A DNA stretch of 64,000 nt from Leptogorgia sarmentosa. Its lineage: Eukaryota. Location: positions 2,108,001 to 2,172,000 of the forward strand of contig OZ210885.1 in the NCBI GenBank assembly GCA_964658305.1. The letters run 5' to 3'. The notes beneath the pieces were generated by a model. That model was not told the DNA's origin. It was given only the letters and a program-made list of their open reading frames with translations, and did not search any database. This document shows positions 39,863 through 52,873 of the stretch, piece after piece. A program made the position numbers and the translations under genes. How positions within the stretch are numbered: position 1 is the first letter of the stretch; every line of letters starts with the position of its first letter.

Positions 39863-41327
39863 TTTGACTGCTAAATTGGTACTCTCTTAATTCAAAAGAT
39901 TGCCGGAAAATTTCAATCGTTCAACAGTTGGAATACTGAGAGTGAAAAATACTGTTTCAGTGTTCAATTCGATGAAAGTATGTGAGTGGATAAAGACGAC
40001 TGAGATTCATTTAATCTTTGTAAAGACTTAAAATTCTAAGCTAATCATGTGGTAATAGCAGGCCAAGAATAAGCTTCTTTACTAAATCGAAGTCACTCTT
40101 TTAGATTATTTTTCTTTCAATCGCCCATAGAATAGATTTTCAATAGAAAAAGTTTGATCCCTAAAAACACTCCCAAAGAGATTGTTTTACGGAGAAATAG
40201 ATTGAATTTTCAATCGTTGCAATTTAGAGAGTGTGTCAATCTAATTGATAATAAATTCAATATTCCTGAAAATGTTTCTAATATTAAATCTGCATTTAAT
40301 ATGTTTCATATCAGTTTACTCCACAAAAATAAATATATTTTGTTTCCTTTTTTTTCAAAACTCAGCGCTGTCCGTTTTGACCTTATCCCTCTTACTCCCC
40401 GTCCAGGACAGACAATTTTCGGTAGTGTATGAGTTGTTACTTAAACAATTTTGATCTGTTTCTCTTTCAAGTTACCCCAGTGAGTGTTGCTTAAAGTTAT
40501 ACAGCATACTAAAGTTTATGTATAAAGGTAAGACTGCATAATTAATTCTATTTTGATGAACAATGGGTTTTAGTAACCATCAATTTATCATCTGGAATTT
40601 GGCATTGTCTACAATTTCAAGTAGTAGATTTTCCGAGAACAATGCTCGCGAATTGAAGTACTGTGGTGCACTGAATAAGGTAAAAGTCCCCAAAGTTATA
40701 CAGTTCAATAAAAATTAAGAAGTGTTTTCAAAGGCGGACCAGGAGGGGGGCGGGGGGGGGGGTCACTATAGGCAGGTGCCAGGGGCCCCGCGGTTTTGGA
40801 GGCCCCGCGCTTCAGAAAGCAAATTTTTGCGCGTAGCAACGGTTGTCACAAATGTGAAAACTGCCTTGAGAATCTACCTCACCATGATGGTCAGTTTACG
40901 TTCGCTTGACTTGTCAACGCTGGCAAATAGTTTTGTTTGCAAAGGCTAAAGAAGTTCCTTTTTTCAAAACATTTTGGTAGAAACGTTGTTTGTGAATGGC
41001 ACTATTTTGGTTATAAAATTTCTCTGATATTTTACAGTTTCGTTTTTCTGCGGGGCGGGGGGGGGGGGGGGGGAGCGGTCAGTAATCAGCCAAGGGCCCA
41101 ACCAATGTTTGCCAGGGGCCCCGCGCGAGCTTGCTCCGCCAATTTTAATGATTTAACATTGGTAGACCAAAATTTGGATCTCTGGGCTGTTTGGTTGGTG
41201 AACCTAAAATCCATGCATGATAAGCAGTGGCGTAGCAGGGAAACGTGGTTCTCTCAGGCATATTTGGTGCTGTAGGGGGGGGGGGTGGCAGTTGAATGTT
41301 GTCCCCGAGGGCGTTAGCCCGGGGCAC

Positions 41328-41569
41328 AGTGTAAAAGATACAGTAGTCCAACTCATTGTTTTTTTGTAAGTTGTATTCGTCACTCAGCAAGTGCCCTAAA
41401 CAGAAGCAGTCACCCCCCTGGCAATACGAATTTTCACGCTGCTTTCTTTCCGAACAGCGCCATTTTGAATATTGCCAGGGGGGGTGGCTGCTTCTGTTTA
41501 GGGCACTTGTGGAGTGACGAATACAGCTTACAAAAAAACAATGAGTTGGACTACTGTATCTTTTATACT
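41328..41569. mobile_element. Palindromic MITE
   Basis: Inverted arms of ~95 bp: agtgtaaaagatacagtagtccaactcattg.. / ..caatgagttggactactgtatcttttatact. Confidence 0.75.
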
Positions 41570-42175
41570 TTGACCTCAGGCAGCTTTGAAGTACTTCATG
41601 TTCCAAAAATATAGTTGCATCAGTAGGTTAGTAAGGCGAAGGATTACTGCATATAATTATTTGTCTATCACCTCACAGTAATAGACAAATCTGATTGGTC
41701 GAAACAGAATCGATAAATCTCGTATCTTTTTGTGAGCGTGAGCTCCAGCAGGATACGATTTTCCCCCCGGCAATTTATTCAAAATGGCGCCCAACAACAA
41801 TGCAAATCTAATTTCTGACGAAGAATTAACGCAGAAAAGACAAGATTTGCATAACAAAAACACTATAAAAAGTGAGAACGATGCAAATATAAAGTTGGGA
41901 GCGTATTTGAAGGCTCGTCGGATTGAAAACTATGAAGAATAGGTTACTTTCAGTGCCGACAAGGTGTATGACTTGTTTCGTGAAATTTAAATTTGCTTAT
42001 AGCTCAGTGATAGACAAAATCCTTGTTCCGAAGGTCTGTCGGGGTATACGAGATTTACCCCTCTCAGCCTGGAGCCAGAATTCGTATCCCCCTCAGCGCT
42101 TCGCGCTTCGGCGGATACGAATTCTGGCTCCAGGCTTCGAGGGGTAAATCTCGTATACCCCTCAGACCTTCGGAA

Positions 42176-43110
42176 TAATAAACAATTATTGGATGAGGCT
42201 GAGCATGATATCAAGAATTATTCAGACTGAGGTCAATGTTATCTGCCGAAGCGAAGCTGAGGCGGATAACATTGACCGAGGTCTGCATGGCTAGAAATAT
42301 GCGACATTTATGTTCGGCAAAGTGCTTCGCTTTGCTTGAAATATCCATAACTATCGAACATAAACGTAAAGCTGGACAAGGGAAAGATACGTAACCTTTT
42401 ATAGGTTTTATATTAGTTGAAGCCGCCGAAACCCCATCTTGACAAATCAAGCTTCGCATGTTGGAATTTGTATTTCATGTATCCTAAAACAGCGCTCTCT
42501 TTCAGTGAAGTATATAAGAATTGATGATTAATGGCGGCTAATACGCTACAATGCATGGATACGTTTGAATCGCTCGGGGACAAGGTTTATCGGCTTCTAA
42601 ATATCACAATATTTTGCTTTTTCGATTCGCTACAAGTCGATTTACCATGTTTATACTTCGCATGTAAGAAAACATACTATTTTGCGTTGCTGCATACTAT
42701 AAATTTACGAGCATTTTGAAAGTCCGAATGCCCATTGCGTAATACTGCATGTCGCATATTTCTAGCCATGGAATAATTCTTGATATCATGCGAAAGCCGA
42801 ATCCAATAATTGTTTTATTATACATTTAAAAGAGAGTTCACTTTCATTCAGCGAAGCAAATCTGCTGCAGGCCATTGTTTGTTTGTTTGTTTTTTCGCGC
42901 GCTTTTAGCTTCAAGCTTTTGACAGCGCTGGGGCTTGGGCACGAGAGAGTCCAATAATAATTTTTTTGGATGCAAGTTCGATCCAAAAAAATAATTATTG
43001 GACGCTGAAGACGTCATCGGCGGAAAATACGTAATAAATACCGAATACTGAGAATTAGCCGGTGCTTTCTGACCAATCAGGAACGAGAATAAATTTTAAA
43101 TGTATAATAA
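42176..43110. mobile_element. Non-autonomous hairpin-headed element (copy 1, interrupted); intact copy at ~48568-49030
   Basis: Near-identical to 48568-49030 apart from the insertion at 42286-42770. It starts with a ~160-bp palindrome centred on gccgaagcgaagctgaggc. Confidence 0.8.
42286..42770. mobile_element. 485-bp MITE with perfect 22-bp TIR CATGGCTAGAAATATGCGACAT
   Basis: TIRs at 42286-42307 and 42749-42770. The empty site is visible in the paralogous copy at ~48675. Confidence 0.85.
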
Positions 43111-43920
43111 TAACACTTATTATTATACATTTAAAATTTATTCTCGTTCCTTCGATCGTCTTTCACTTTTGAGATTGCCAGTTCGATTCTCATGTGGTAA
43201 CCACAGGTGTGAACTTTCTCAATGTTACTGGAACCCAGTGCTCTACTCCTGTGAAGATCTATAACTTTCTCAATGTTACTGGAACCCAGTGCTCTACTCC
43301 TGTGAAGATCTATAGAGTCTATATGCTCTGTTGAAATTCGTGGGCTCCGGTTTCCTCCCACAAGAAAGTTGCAGGGTGCCAGGGGGACAAACAAAACTAT
43401 TAGTTGGCAACAACATTGTTCAGCCTTGTTGAGCCTTAATCAGCCCGCAATCAGGTGTAACATTGCTGAACAATACTGCGTGATACTCAATGTATCCTGA
43501 TATGACTGGGAATTGGAGTGAGCACAATAATAACTAAAATCAAACTACTGGATGAATTACTATTATATAGTCCTAATCTTCCCCCAATATTGTTACAGCC
43601 CTATGTTGTCAATTTGTGAAACTCTGGCCAGAACGGGACTGTATCACGTGTTAGGACTACCTTGATCGATGTTATCTCAATTAATTCTTTGTTGTAGCAA
43701 AAAATGATTGTGTGTTATAAAAATATCATCATTTCACTGTGTATTTTTAGGCTTATCCAATTGCAAGAGCCGATGGAAAAAATTAATACAAAAACGAAAA
43801 TTACTATGCCACGATGAATACACAGAATACGAGAGACTAGACTTCAGAGGATAGTTTTATGTTAAATAAGGTGCTTATATATATATTACTCATCAGTTAT
43901 ATGGAGTTTCTTTACAATGA

Positions 43921-45218
43921 CAGTAGTAATATAGGGGCCGATCGAACCGGACTTTTAGGGGTGCGCAGGAGAGCGCAGAGGGGTGCGCAGGGGTGCGCAG
44001 AGGGGTGCGCAGGGGAGCGCAGAGGGTGCGCAGGGGTGCGCAGGGGAGCGCAGAGGGGTGCGCAAGCCTTCACTAATCAGTATGCGGAAACACCACGTTC
44101 TGATTGGTTGAACAGCGTGACAAACACATACGTATCGGGATGCGTATCTGGTATTGACATTCTGCATACTGATTACTCGTTAACGTTTTGCATCGCGCTC
44201 TGATTGGTCGAACAGCGACGCTCGTCTTTATTACAATTCGGTTACGTGTCCGGATACGTATCTGATAATGCTCTGATTGGTCGAACAGCGTTACGTTACG
44301 CTATAGCTGCGCTCTGATTGGTCGAACAGCGTGACGGAATCTTTTTAGCTTACGTAAAATATCGACAACTATTCCTATATTTTCAATACGAAATCTCTCT
44401 AGCCAAGTCTTAAGTTGCTATCCTCTTTGTTAAGTGCAAGTAATTAAGCGGTCATTAAGGCTAAAATTTGCATACTCGAAGTAATTAAAATTGTACATTA
44501 AATCGCGCGGGCGTTAGGGTGCTTTGCAGGAACACAAATTTCATTTTAAAACAAACATTTATTTCCTAAATCGTTTGGATTTCATTCGATATCATTTAGG
44601 ATATCGAATGATTTCCTAAATGATATCGAATGATATCCTAAATGATATCGAATGATATATCCTACATGATATCGAATGATATCCAAACGATTTAGGAAAT
44701 AAATGTTTATTTTAAAATGAAATTTGTGTTCCTGCAAAGCAACTTTATCAACTTTAAAGCACCGGCGCGATGTAATGTACAATTTTAATTACTTCGAGTA
44801 TGCAAACTTTTAATTACTTGCACTTAACAACGAGGATAGCAACTTAAGACTTGGCTAGAGAGATTTCGTATTGAAAATATAGGAATGGTTGTCGATATTT
44901 TACGTCAGCTAAAAAGATTTCGTCACGCTGTTCGACTAATCAGAACGTGGTGTTTCCGCATACTAATTAGTGAAGGCTTGCGCACCCCTCCGCGCTCCCC
45001 TGCGCACTCCGATCCCCTGCGCGCTCCCCTGCGCACTCCCCTGCGCACACCTCCGCGCTCCCCTGCGCACTCCCCTGCGCACCCCTCTGCGCTCCCCTGC
45101 GCACCCCTCCGCTCCCCTGCGCACTCCCCCGCGCTCCCCTGCGCACCCCTGCGCACCCCTCTGCGCTCTCCTGCGCACCCCTAAAAATCCGGCTTGATCG
45201 GCCCCTATATTACTACTA
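43921..45218. mobile_element. 1.3-kb foldback non-autonomous DNA transposon, Academ-like ends
   Basis: cagtagtaatataggggccgatc.. / ..gatcggcccctatattactacta with a 4-bp TSD ATGA (43917-43920 / 45219-45222). Subterminal GC-rich ggggtgcgcag repeats; central gatatc repeats. Confidence 0.8.
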
Positions 45219-45226
45219 ATGACCTT

Positions 45227-45397
45227 CAGGGCCGTAACTAATGGATGGTGGGGTTGGGGGGATATTCATATTCATGTTCTGCCCGACGGATTTCTTTTGA
45301 AATCTGTTGTTTTTGAATTAATTTGAACAGAAATGTGCCGTACAGAACATGGATGTATAAATAGACACCCCCAATTAACGTTGTAGTTACGGCCCTG
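45227..45397. mobile_element. Short hAT-like MITE
   Basis: TIR cagggccgtaacta / tagttacggccctg; flanks atgacctt / atgtcctg (6 of 8 match). Confidence 0.6.
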
Positions 45398-45918
45398 ATG
45401 TCCTGTATTGAAAAATGCTCCAATCAAACAGCCATACTGATACTCATGCAATAGATTTGTAGGATGATTGAAAAATATTTTATTTGCATTTTTAGCGTTT
45501 CGAACTGAAACGTGCAGGGTTAAATCAAATAAGAGGAGTTATTGGAGATATACAGTATCACTAAATTTCCAACAAGATCCCCGTCAACATTGAGGTAGGA
45601 ACAAAATATTGATGTTCCTATACATGCTCAATATTAATATTAATAGCAAATTTGACGCAAATTAATCATAATTTTCCTCTTCATTGATTTTTGATGAGAA
45701 ATTTGAATGTGCGTCAGCACACGACACGTATTCAATGTGCAGCATTCATCTTGAAAGTCATTCTTCTACAACTATCATACAATTATATGACATTATGCAT
45801 AATTGTCATTTTCAAACAACCTCTTGTTTTGGCTGGAAAAATCACAAAACACAACTTGCCGTGTGTGAAAAAGTGTATTTCAAGTTCTGCGATTTTTCCT
45901 GAACACACGCGTTATTGA

Positions 45919-47286
45919 GGCCCCGTCCACACGTATCCGCGGATAAATTTGAAAACGCACAAATATTTATACGGTTACGGGTTCCGTCCACACGTAAACG
46001 GCGTTTTCGCCCACTGAAAACGGATAAATTTGAAAACGCTCTCCAGAGTGGATAAATTTGAAAACGCCGGCCAAGCGGCATAGCAAAGCCTTCTATTATG
46101 GATCCAGTCAGCTGTTCCATATTTGCAGTCAGTTTGTTCATGTTGTTTGCTTGCTGTTTGTCCATGTTATCCTGCTTCTCTATCAACCTTTTCTTTATCT
46201 CAACCTCATCTTGAGCAACACTCAACAACTGAGAATCAATGGAAAGTTTACGTTTAAGTTTTTCTTGTCTGTATCCCTTCAATCTAGCATCCAGCAAGTC
46301 TCTCCTTTCCTTCAAAGCTGCATTCTTCCAATTCTGTTGATTGAACTCAGCCCCAATCTCTTGTTGCTCATCCTCGTCAAGTTCTATTGTGCTGCTTGAT
46401 GGAGTACTAGCTCTACTAGTAGGGGTACCACATCTGCTTGAATTAGCAGATCTACTAGCAGGACTTTGACAACTTATCACACTTAACTCATGTTCTTCTT
46501 GTATCTCGTTGCTTTCTATTCCCGTCGGTAAAGTGGTTGTAGCCGGAGAGCCACCCCATATTTGTTCACATAACTCGAAGTAGAGCAGGACCACTCTACC
46601 ATGGCCACTTTTCCTTCCACTATCCACGGCAGATCGGAATTTCAACCTCACCTGCTTCAGTTTTGCGGTCAGACAAGCTTTGCTTAGTTCATTTTCATTG
46701 TGTGGGAAGCTTTTGCCATTCATTTCAGCGTTTTCTGGGGATGGATACTGTGCGATAAACATATCCAAAATATCAGAATATTTTGTAATGCACGATTCCC
46801 AGTCTACATTTTCTGTTGTTCTCTTAACCTTGTATTCGACGACGACATTTAACAGAAGTTCGACTTCGTCGTCTGTCCAAACAAAGTTGTCGTTCTTGGC
46901 TTTTCCTCTTCCTTTGGTGGCTTTTTCTTTTGGATTTGACATCTTAATAAGATCCTTTTGATAGATAACTACTGCTTTTTACTGTCAACTTTATAAGACC
47001 ACGTGAGGCACTGTGAACTGTGGTTTGATTTTTCCGCGTTGCGATTGCGAATGGTTGCTAAGGAACCAAAAGGAATGCAGGCTCGGGTACGCGAGATTGC
47101 GGGCACAAATTTTTTTCTCTAAGGAGTATGCTCAGTAGGCGATGTCAGCGTTTTCAAATCGTTTTCGCGTTTACGTGTGGACGCCGAAAACGATTCAGAA
47201 ACGACAACGTGTGGACGCAGACTTTTTTGAAAACGGATAAATATTTATGCGTTTTCAAATTTATCCGAATACGTGTAGATGGGGCC
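45919..47286 (-). mobile_element. PIF/Harbinger transposon deletion derivative carrying only the Myb/SANT gene
   Basis: TIR ggccccgtccacacgtatccg..gataaatttgaaaacgca / tgcgttttcaaatttatccgaatacgtgtagatggggcc, with a 3-bp TSD TGA (45916-45918 / 47287-47289). Confidence 0.9.
46070..46942 (-). CDS. Harbinger Myb/SANT-like (trihelix) DNA-binding protein, C-terminally truncated
   Basis: FVWTDDEVELLL..VDWES...KLKQVRLKFRSAVDSGRKSGHGRVV..FELCEQIWGGSP, then a coiled coil. The frame runs on into the TIR after ~46070. Confidence 0.8.
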
Positions 47287-47883
47287 TGAATCGCAATGAA
47301 AACCACACCAGAGAATGCACACAATAATACAGATGAATGACTTTTCTTGTGGTACCAACTGTTTTCAAACTCGTGCAGTGGTTAGGAGATTTGCTGTAAC
47401 TAGCCGCTATTATTGTGCGAATATGAAAATAAATTGACCGAACATGAAAATAAATTGGCCGAATATGAAACTACGTGGAATTCAAATATGAAACAGAAAG
47501 ATTCATGGGGGCGGGGGGAGGGGGGCAGCCAATTCGACTATTTTTTATCGAAGTGAAAACTAGTTGATAATTTTGAAACCATAAACGCCTGGTCAACGAT
47601 ATCACTAACTGGTGCATATACACGGCGAAAACAAGTAATTTTACGCTTATTTCAGGCTAGAGAATCTTTGAGGAATCACTATAGCCCCCCTCCGGATTTT
47701 TGCGCACACGGCAAGTTGTCTTTTGTGAATTTTCCTGCTAAAAGAAGAGGTCAGGGCCGTCGCGAAGGTATTTGAACTGTGGGGGTGTGGATACCTGATT
47801 TTGCCGACAAATGGGCGTGGTCAATGGGCGTAGCGGGTCAAAACAGTTAATGATTTATCTTAGCTGCCACTATAGGTGATATA

Positions 47884-47988
47884 CAGGGTATATCAAAAAA
47901 TAGTTTACTGATGAAAAACATTCTTTAAACTAACGAGCGCGCTCAAAATTTCCGATAACTTTCGGTTAGCATGGGTAGTTTAACACCC
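47884..47988. mobile_element. Truncated third copy of the CAGGGTGTATCAAAA MITE
   Basis: Matches the first ~105 bp of the copies at 19506 and 58715. Confidence 0.8.
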
Positions 47989-48039
47989 ATAACAGTGTGC
48001 TCTTAATTTAGTGTTTAACGTGTTAACCATGACAATATG

Positions 48040-49505
48040 ATATTTAAGGATTACAGCACTCTTTGAGTGCATTATCGGCATTTCAAGCACGAATTCGCGA
48101 ACAAGAAACAAGAAATTTAACACTGCACGAGGCGCAGCCGAGTGCAGTGTTAAATTTCGAGTTTCTTGTTCGCGAATGAGTGCTTGAAAATGCCGATAAT
48201 GCACGAAAAAGAGTGCTTTAAACGTTTTAATATTCAATTTGAGTAAACCACAAAAGAACAAGCATTTCACATTGTTATATGCATGCATAGAGAAATATTC
48301 AAAAAGAAACGCCACACAATTCATATTTATTACAAAAAATAAATTTTATAGTACAACATTTATAATTACAACTTATAATTAAAACAAAAATTATTGCCTC
48401 TATATCCTCGGTGGACAAATCTAAAAACTTCTCGCACTCGGAAGCCATCTTGCAGTGCAATAAAAAGTTTACGCACGGCTATAATGCACGGCCGTGCATT
48501 GTTGTTATGTAAAATGAAGTCACGTGGTACAAATCGGCCAATCAGAACACTAGTTTACGAAAACTGAATAATAAACAATTATTGGATGAGGCTGAGCATG
48601 ATATCAAGAATTATTCAGACCGAGGTCAATGTTATCTGCCGAAGCGAAGCTGAGGCGGATAACATTGACCGAGGTCTGAATAATTCTTGATATCATGCGA
48701 AAGCCGAATCCAATAATTGTTTTATTATACATTTAAAAGACACGGTAATTTGGAGAGTTCACTTTGATTCAGCGAAGCAAATCTGCTGCTGGCCATTGTT
48801 TCCTTGTTTTTTCACGCGCTTTAGCTTCAAGCTTTTGACAGCGCTAGGGCTTGGGCACGAGGGAGTCCAATAATTTTTTTTTTGGATGCAAGTTCGATCC
48901 AAAAAAATAATTATTGGACGCTGATGACGTCATCGGCGGAAAATACGTAATAAATGCCGAATACTGAGAATTAGCCGGTGCTTTCTGACCAATCAGGAAC
49001 GAGAATAAATATTAAATGTATAATAATAAATAATATTGTTATATAGTTGGTGTCAAAGTTCAATTTTCCTGTTTGCTGATTGGACAAAACCGTATCACGT
49101 GCCGGTCCACAAAACGTCATGTTCGCCAACCGGTCAAAAATCAAAAAATTATTGACCGGGCAACAATTAAATGGGCACAATGCGCATGCGCGTCAACCGT
49201 GAAGTCCAAAGTTCATTCAATCATACGATGTTTTGAAATTTTTACGATGTTTTGATGGCGTAAGGCGTCCCATTCAATGTCTGTTTTTTTGGTTTCAAGG
49301 TTCACTCCAGTATTAAACCGGTGAATTCATTCATATTTTGACACTAAACTATATAACAAAACACTTATTTACTGAAACCTCGAGAAACATTGTGTTTTGT
49401 GGCCCCTCGACCGCCATTGTTGCCCTCGGCTTCGCCTCGTGCAACAATGGCGGTCTCGGGGCCACAAAACACAATGTTTCCCTCGGTCTCAGTAAATAAG
49501 TGATA
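48040..49505. repeat. Cluster of three hairpin-headed non-autonomous elements
   Basis: Palindromes at ~48055-48218, ~48568-48730 and ~49360-49503, each with a GC-GNA-GC apex. Confidence 0.75.
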
Positions 49506-51995
49506 AATATTGATTCATGCGATGAACGGCTTGTGATTTATTGTTGATGTTTTTTGCAACCCAAGCATAAATTTGCGCCTTCCCTTGTTGCACTGCGGGC
49601 TTGCAGTCTTGAGTCAGTGAACACAGTCCTCTTAATCTGTGACACAGCGTTATACATCATATATTTTGTTTCTTTCACGGGAAATTCCCAAAAAATGTGG
49701 AACGTTGCACAAATGAGGGGAAAACCTCTTTAGTTAAAATAATTGTGGAAAGTGGGGTGTATACTTTGGGTGAACGAAAGTTGGACAAACGTTGAAACTG
49801 GTAGGGCTGTTAATTTAGTTTCATATTTACTGCGTGACTGTTCTTCTCGAGGTTCTTCCTTCTTTCACAATTCAACACACATACAAAAAGAATCATTGAG
49901 TAGAGTGAAAAAAATTGGTCTTGTTGAACCTTAGGATCATATATTGAGATTTAGATACAGTTTAATACATATATCGTTAAGAACGTTAAAGCACAATACT
50001 CGTTGTCGTTTGAGTGCCAAGTATGATAGTTATGGCGCCATTTCGTTTATTTACCCTAAGCTAACTGTAAGCACTATTTTTTTAATTTGTAAATGAGAAA
50101 ACTTGAGTAAGTACACTAAAACTAAAATTTTTAATGTAAAAATGCACTAAAACGTCTCTGAGAATATTTCAAGGGGATTTTGCTTTGCTTTCCCCCCAGG
50201 TTTCATATTACATTTATTGTGCTATGCATGGAAATTTGGTACTGCACCTTGCGTGGTGCATCCATTTTAAGTCCACAGTGCACATTACAACCACATATAT
50301 AGCTTGGTGGGAAGTGAGGACTGAGCAAGGTATACTCTTGCAGATTATTAGGTTTTGGATGTAACATCACCCCTCTTGGCTTCCTTCCCTTTGTGCAGAT
50401 ACAACCAGTAACTGAAATTATATTATGACAAAGTAGCATTATTGTCCCTGTTAAGTGAAATTCCTACTGATTACAGCACAATACTCTATTGTTAATGAAT
50501 TGAAACTATTAGGACAGTTCTGCTTGAATTTTTACGTGCACCCATTAACCTACGTACTTAAAAATAGATTGATTCTTTATTTGTATCAATGCCGTGAAAA
50601 TACTTTCTTCTGGATATGTTTTATCATTGTTAACCTTATGCATTTTTATTATACATGGTATCCCAAACTAAATTCCTCACTTTTGTTTCAGATTTTTATT
50701 TCTAATTGTTGGTTGTTATTAATGACTTGGTGTGTGTTAAAATCTAGAGACTGACTTAAGATTTATGGTCATTGGTATATTCTACATTCTTACCATACCC
50801 CATTTAGGTCATACCTTAACCATTTAGGTCTTACATTACCCCATAGAATATTAATGCCATGTAGCAATGTGTGTAGTTACATTTTAGTAATGATTTGCTA
50901 TTTAATTGAGAAAGGTTTTGTTGAAATCCCCTCAAGACCATATTTTAAATTCTCTTTTAATATATGAGAACTACCATGACAACTCTACAGGTTTTGAAAG
51001 TAAAATAACAAATGGAAAGTAACTATAATTACATTGGCAACATTTGTGTATGACAATAAACTGATATTTATAGTGGATTCAAATTTATAACTTAAGAGTA
51101 TGCATCTAATAAGAGTCAACCACTAGCTGGGTGTTTGAGACATTTCTGACAATGTCATATAATTATGTCTACCTTCTACTCTCACCTAAGAAAATCAGTG
51201 CATTTACCCAGTACTTATGTTTGGCCTGCATGAATACATATTTATTATTATTGTAGATCTGTGAGTTGTATTGTACCATGCAATATTGAAGACAAGCAAT
51301 AACTTTCATAGATTTTGTCTACCAGGGCACAGGGCAATAAAAACTTGAATCCAGTTCATTGCATGAATTTAGCCTTAAATGTGCTATAGTGTTGTTGTAA
51401 GCATTTTCAGTAATCAATTAATAAGTTAAAAAACTCAATTAACGATAACAACAAATTCACTAAAGCCAATATTCAATAAAAGGCTTTTGGTTTAGATATG
51501 TAAATAGTCCAATAAATGTATTCAAAAGCCACCGTATCTACCACCACTGTCTATATTGGTTGTTGAACATGCCTGCCATAAAATTGGCTCAATTTTCAGA
51601 TTAACAATTGCAATCCCAAAATCTAATCTCTAGCCCTGAACCTAAAACCCCAACCCTACCACTACTACCACTATTGCCTTGTCCCAGGGACCCAGTCCTT
51701 TTGGAGCAAAGTTATTAACTTGCTGTCATGATGATCATTCCTTTTTGTAAACCCTAGTGATTATGATTTCCCTTTAAACCAACAGGTATTTTGGGATGAT
51801 GGTTCGAAATTCAGGGAAATATATGAGCGACAACCATACTGTACCTACGTTTTTATCCAGTAGACGCTTCCAGCTTCAGCTAAAATTTAGTCCATGACAG
51901 AAAAAAACATAATCCATCAGGAAAGAGCATCTTTTTTATTTCAGAAAAATCCTCAGAGATATGAAAAACTAGATTCATATTAATCTGACACTGTA

Positions 51996-52080
51996 GAAGA
52001 ACAACGAACAATTCGTTGTCTCGAGCGTGATTTCAACTCGCATCTTCGGGTATCTAGACCGCCGCTCTACCAATTGAACT
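51996..52080 (-). mobile_element. tRNA-derived SINE head (degenerate)
   Basis: Minus strand agttcaattggtagagcggcggtctagatacccgaagatgcgagttgaaatcacgct: A-box and B-box-like motifs, no intact acceptor stem. Confidence 0.6.
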
Positions 52081-52873
52081 CAATTAGTGAAATTGCAATG
52101 TTTGTGAACTAAATCTGGTACAGTGCGGAAAATTTATCAGTATCCCTAAAACTTTCAAATTTTGTATATTTTTGTGTCACGTTAATATCTGTCGTCACCA
52201 TACTTACCCGTGTGGATGGTTAGGTGTAGACGTGGTCAGGCTATTGGTCTAGGGATCCCAGTTACTTGGATTCAGGTCCGAATCACGTGAGCATGTCTGG
52301 CAAGGACCTGACCACGGAATGTCTACACCTTATCACGCCGAATAAAGGATTCGGCGGAAATTAATTAGCCAGCAGACTTTAACCATTTTCATGATCAGGA
52401 CGAAACAAAAAAAAAAAATTTTTTTTTTTTCTCTTTTTCTCTACTCTTATGTATATACAGACCTTCTGCAGTTAGCTATCTGTTAGCGAATGACATACGA
52501 ACCAGCCTGTCACTCTCTATATTCCGGCTTTGTGGCTAAGCTGTACCCAGGCTGCGCGCGGTTCCTATGATATTAACCTTGGTTACTACGTAACCCCATT
52601 TAATATCTGTCGTCACCATACTTACCCGTGTGGATGGTTAGGTGTAGACGTGGTCAGGCTATTGGTCTAGGGATCCCAGTTACTTGGATTCAGGTCCGAA
52701 TCACGTGAGCATGTCTGGCAAGGACCTGACCACCAGAGTGATATTTCCCTGAAATTTCACCACTCCAAGTAACTAACATCCGGAACTAGATTCCACACAC
52801 ATCCACACGGGTCGGATTAATCCTGTGCTAGGTTGCTGCCGTCTGCTGGTGCTCCGTTACTAGACCCCTGTGC

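Noticed and set aside
43859..45197. Arg/Gly/Ala/Pro-rich ORFs
   Set aside because: Translations of the GC-rich subterminal repeats of a foldback element.
51996..52080. Functional tRNA gene
   Set aside because: No acceptor stem and a degenerate T-loop; better explained as a SINE head.
52385..52410. Hammerhead ribozyme suggested by ggacgaaac
   Set aside because: No CUGANGA core at the required position on that strand.
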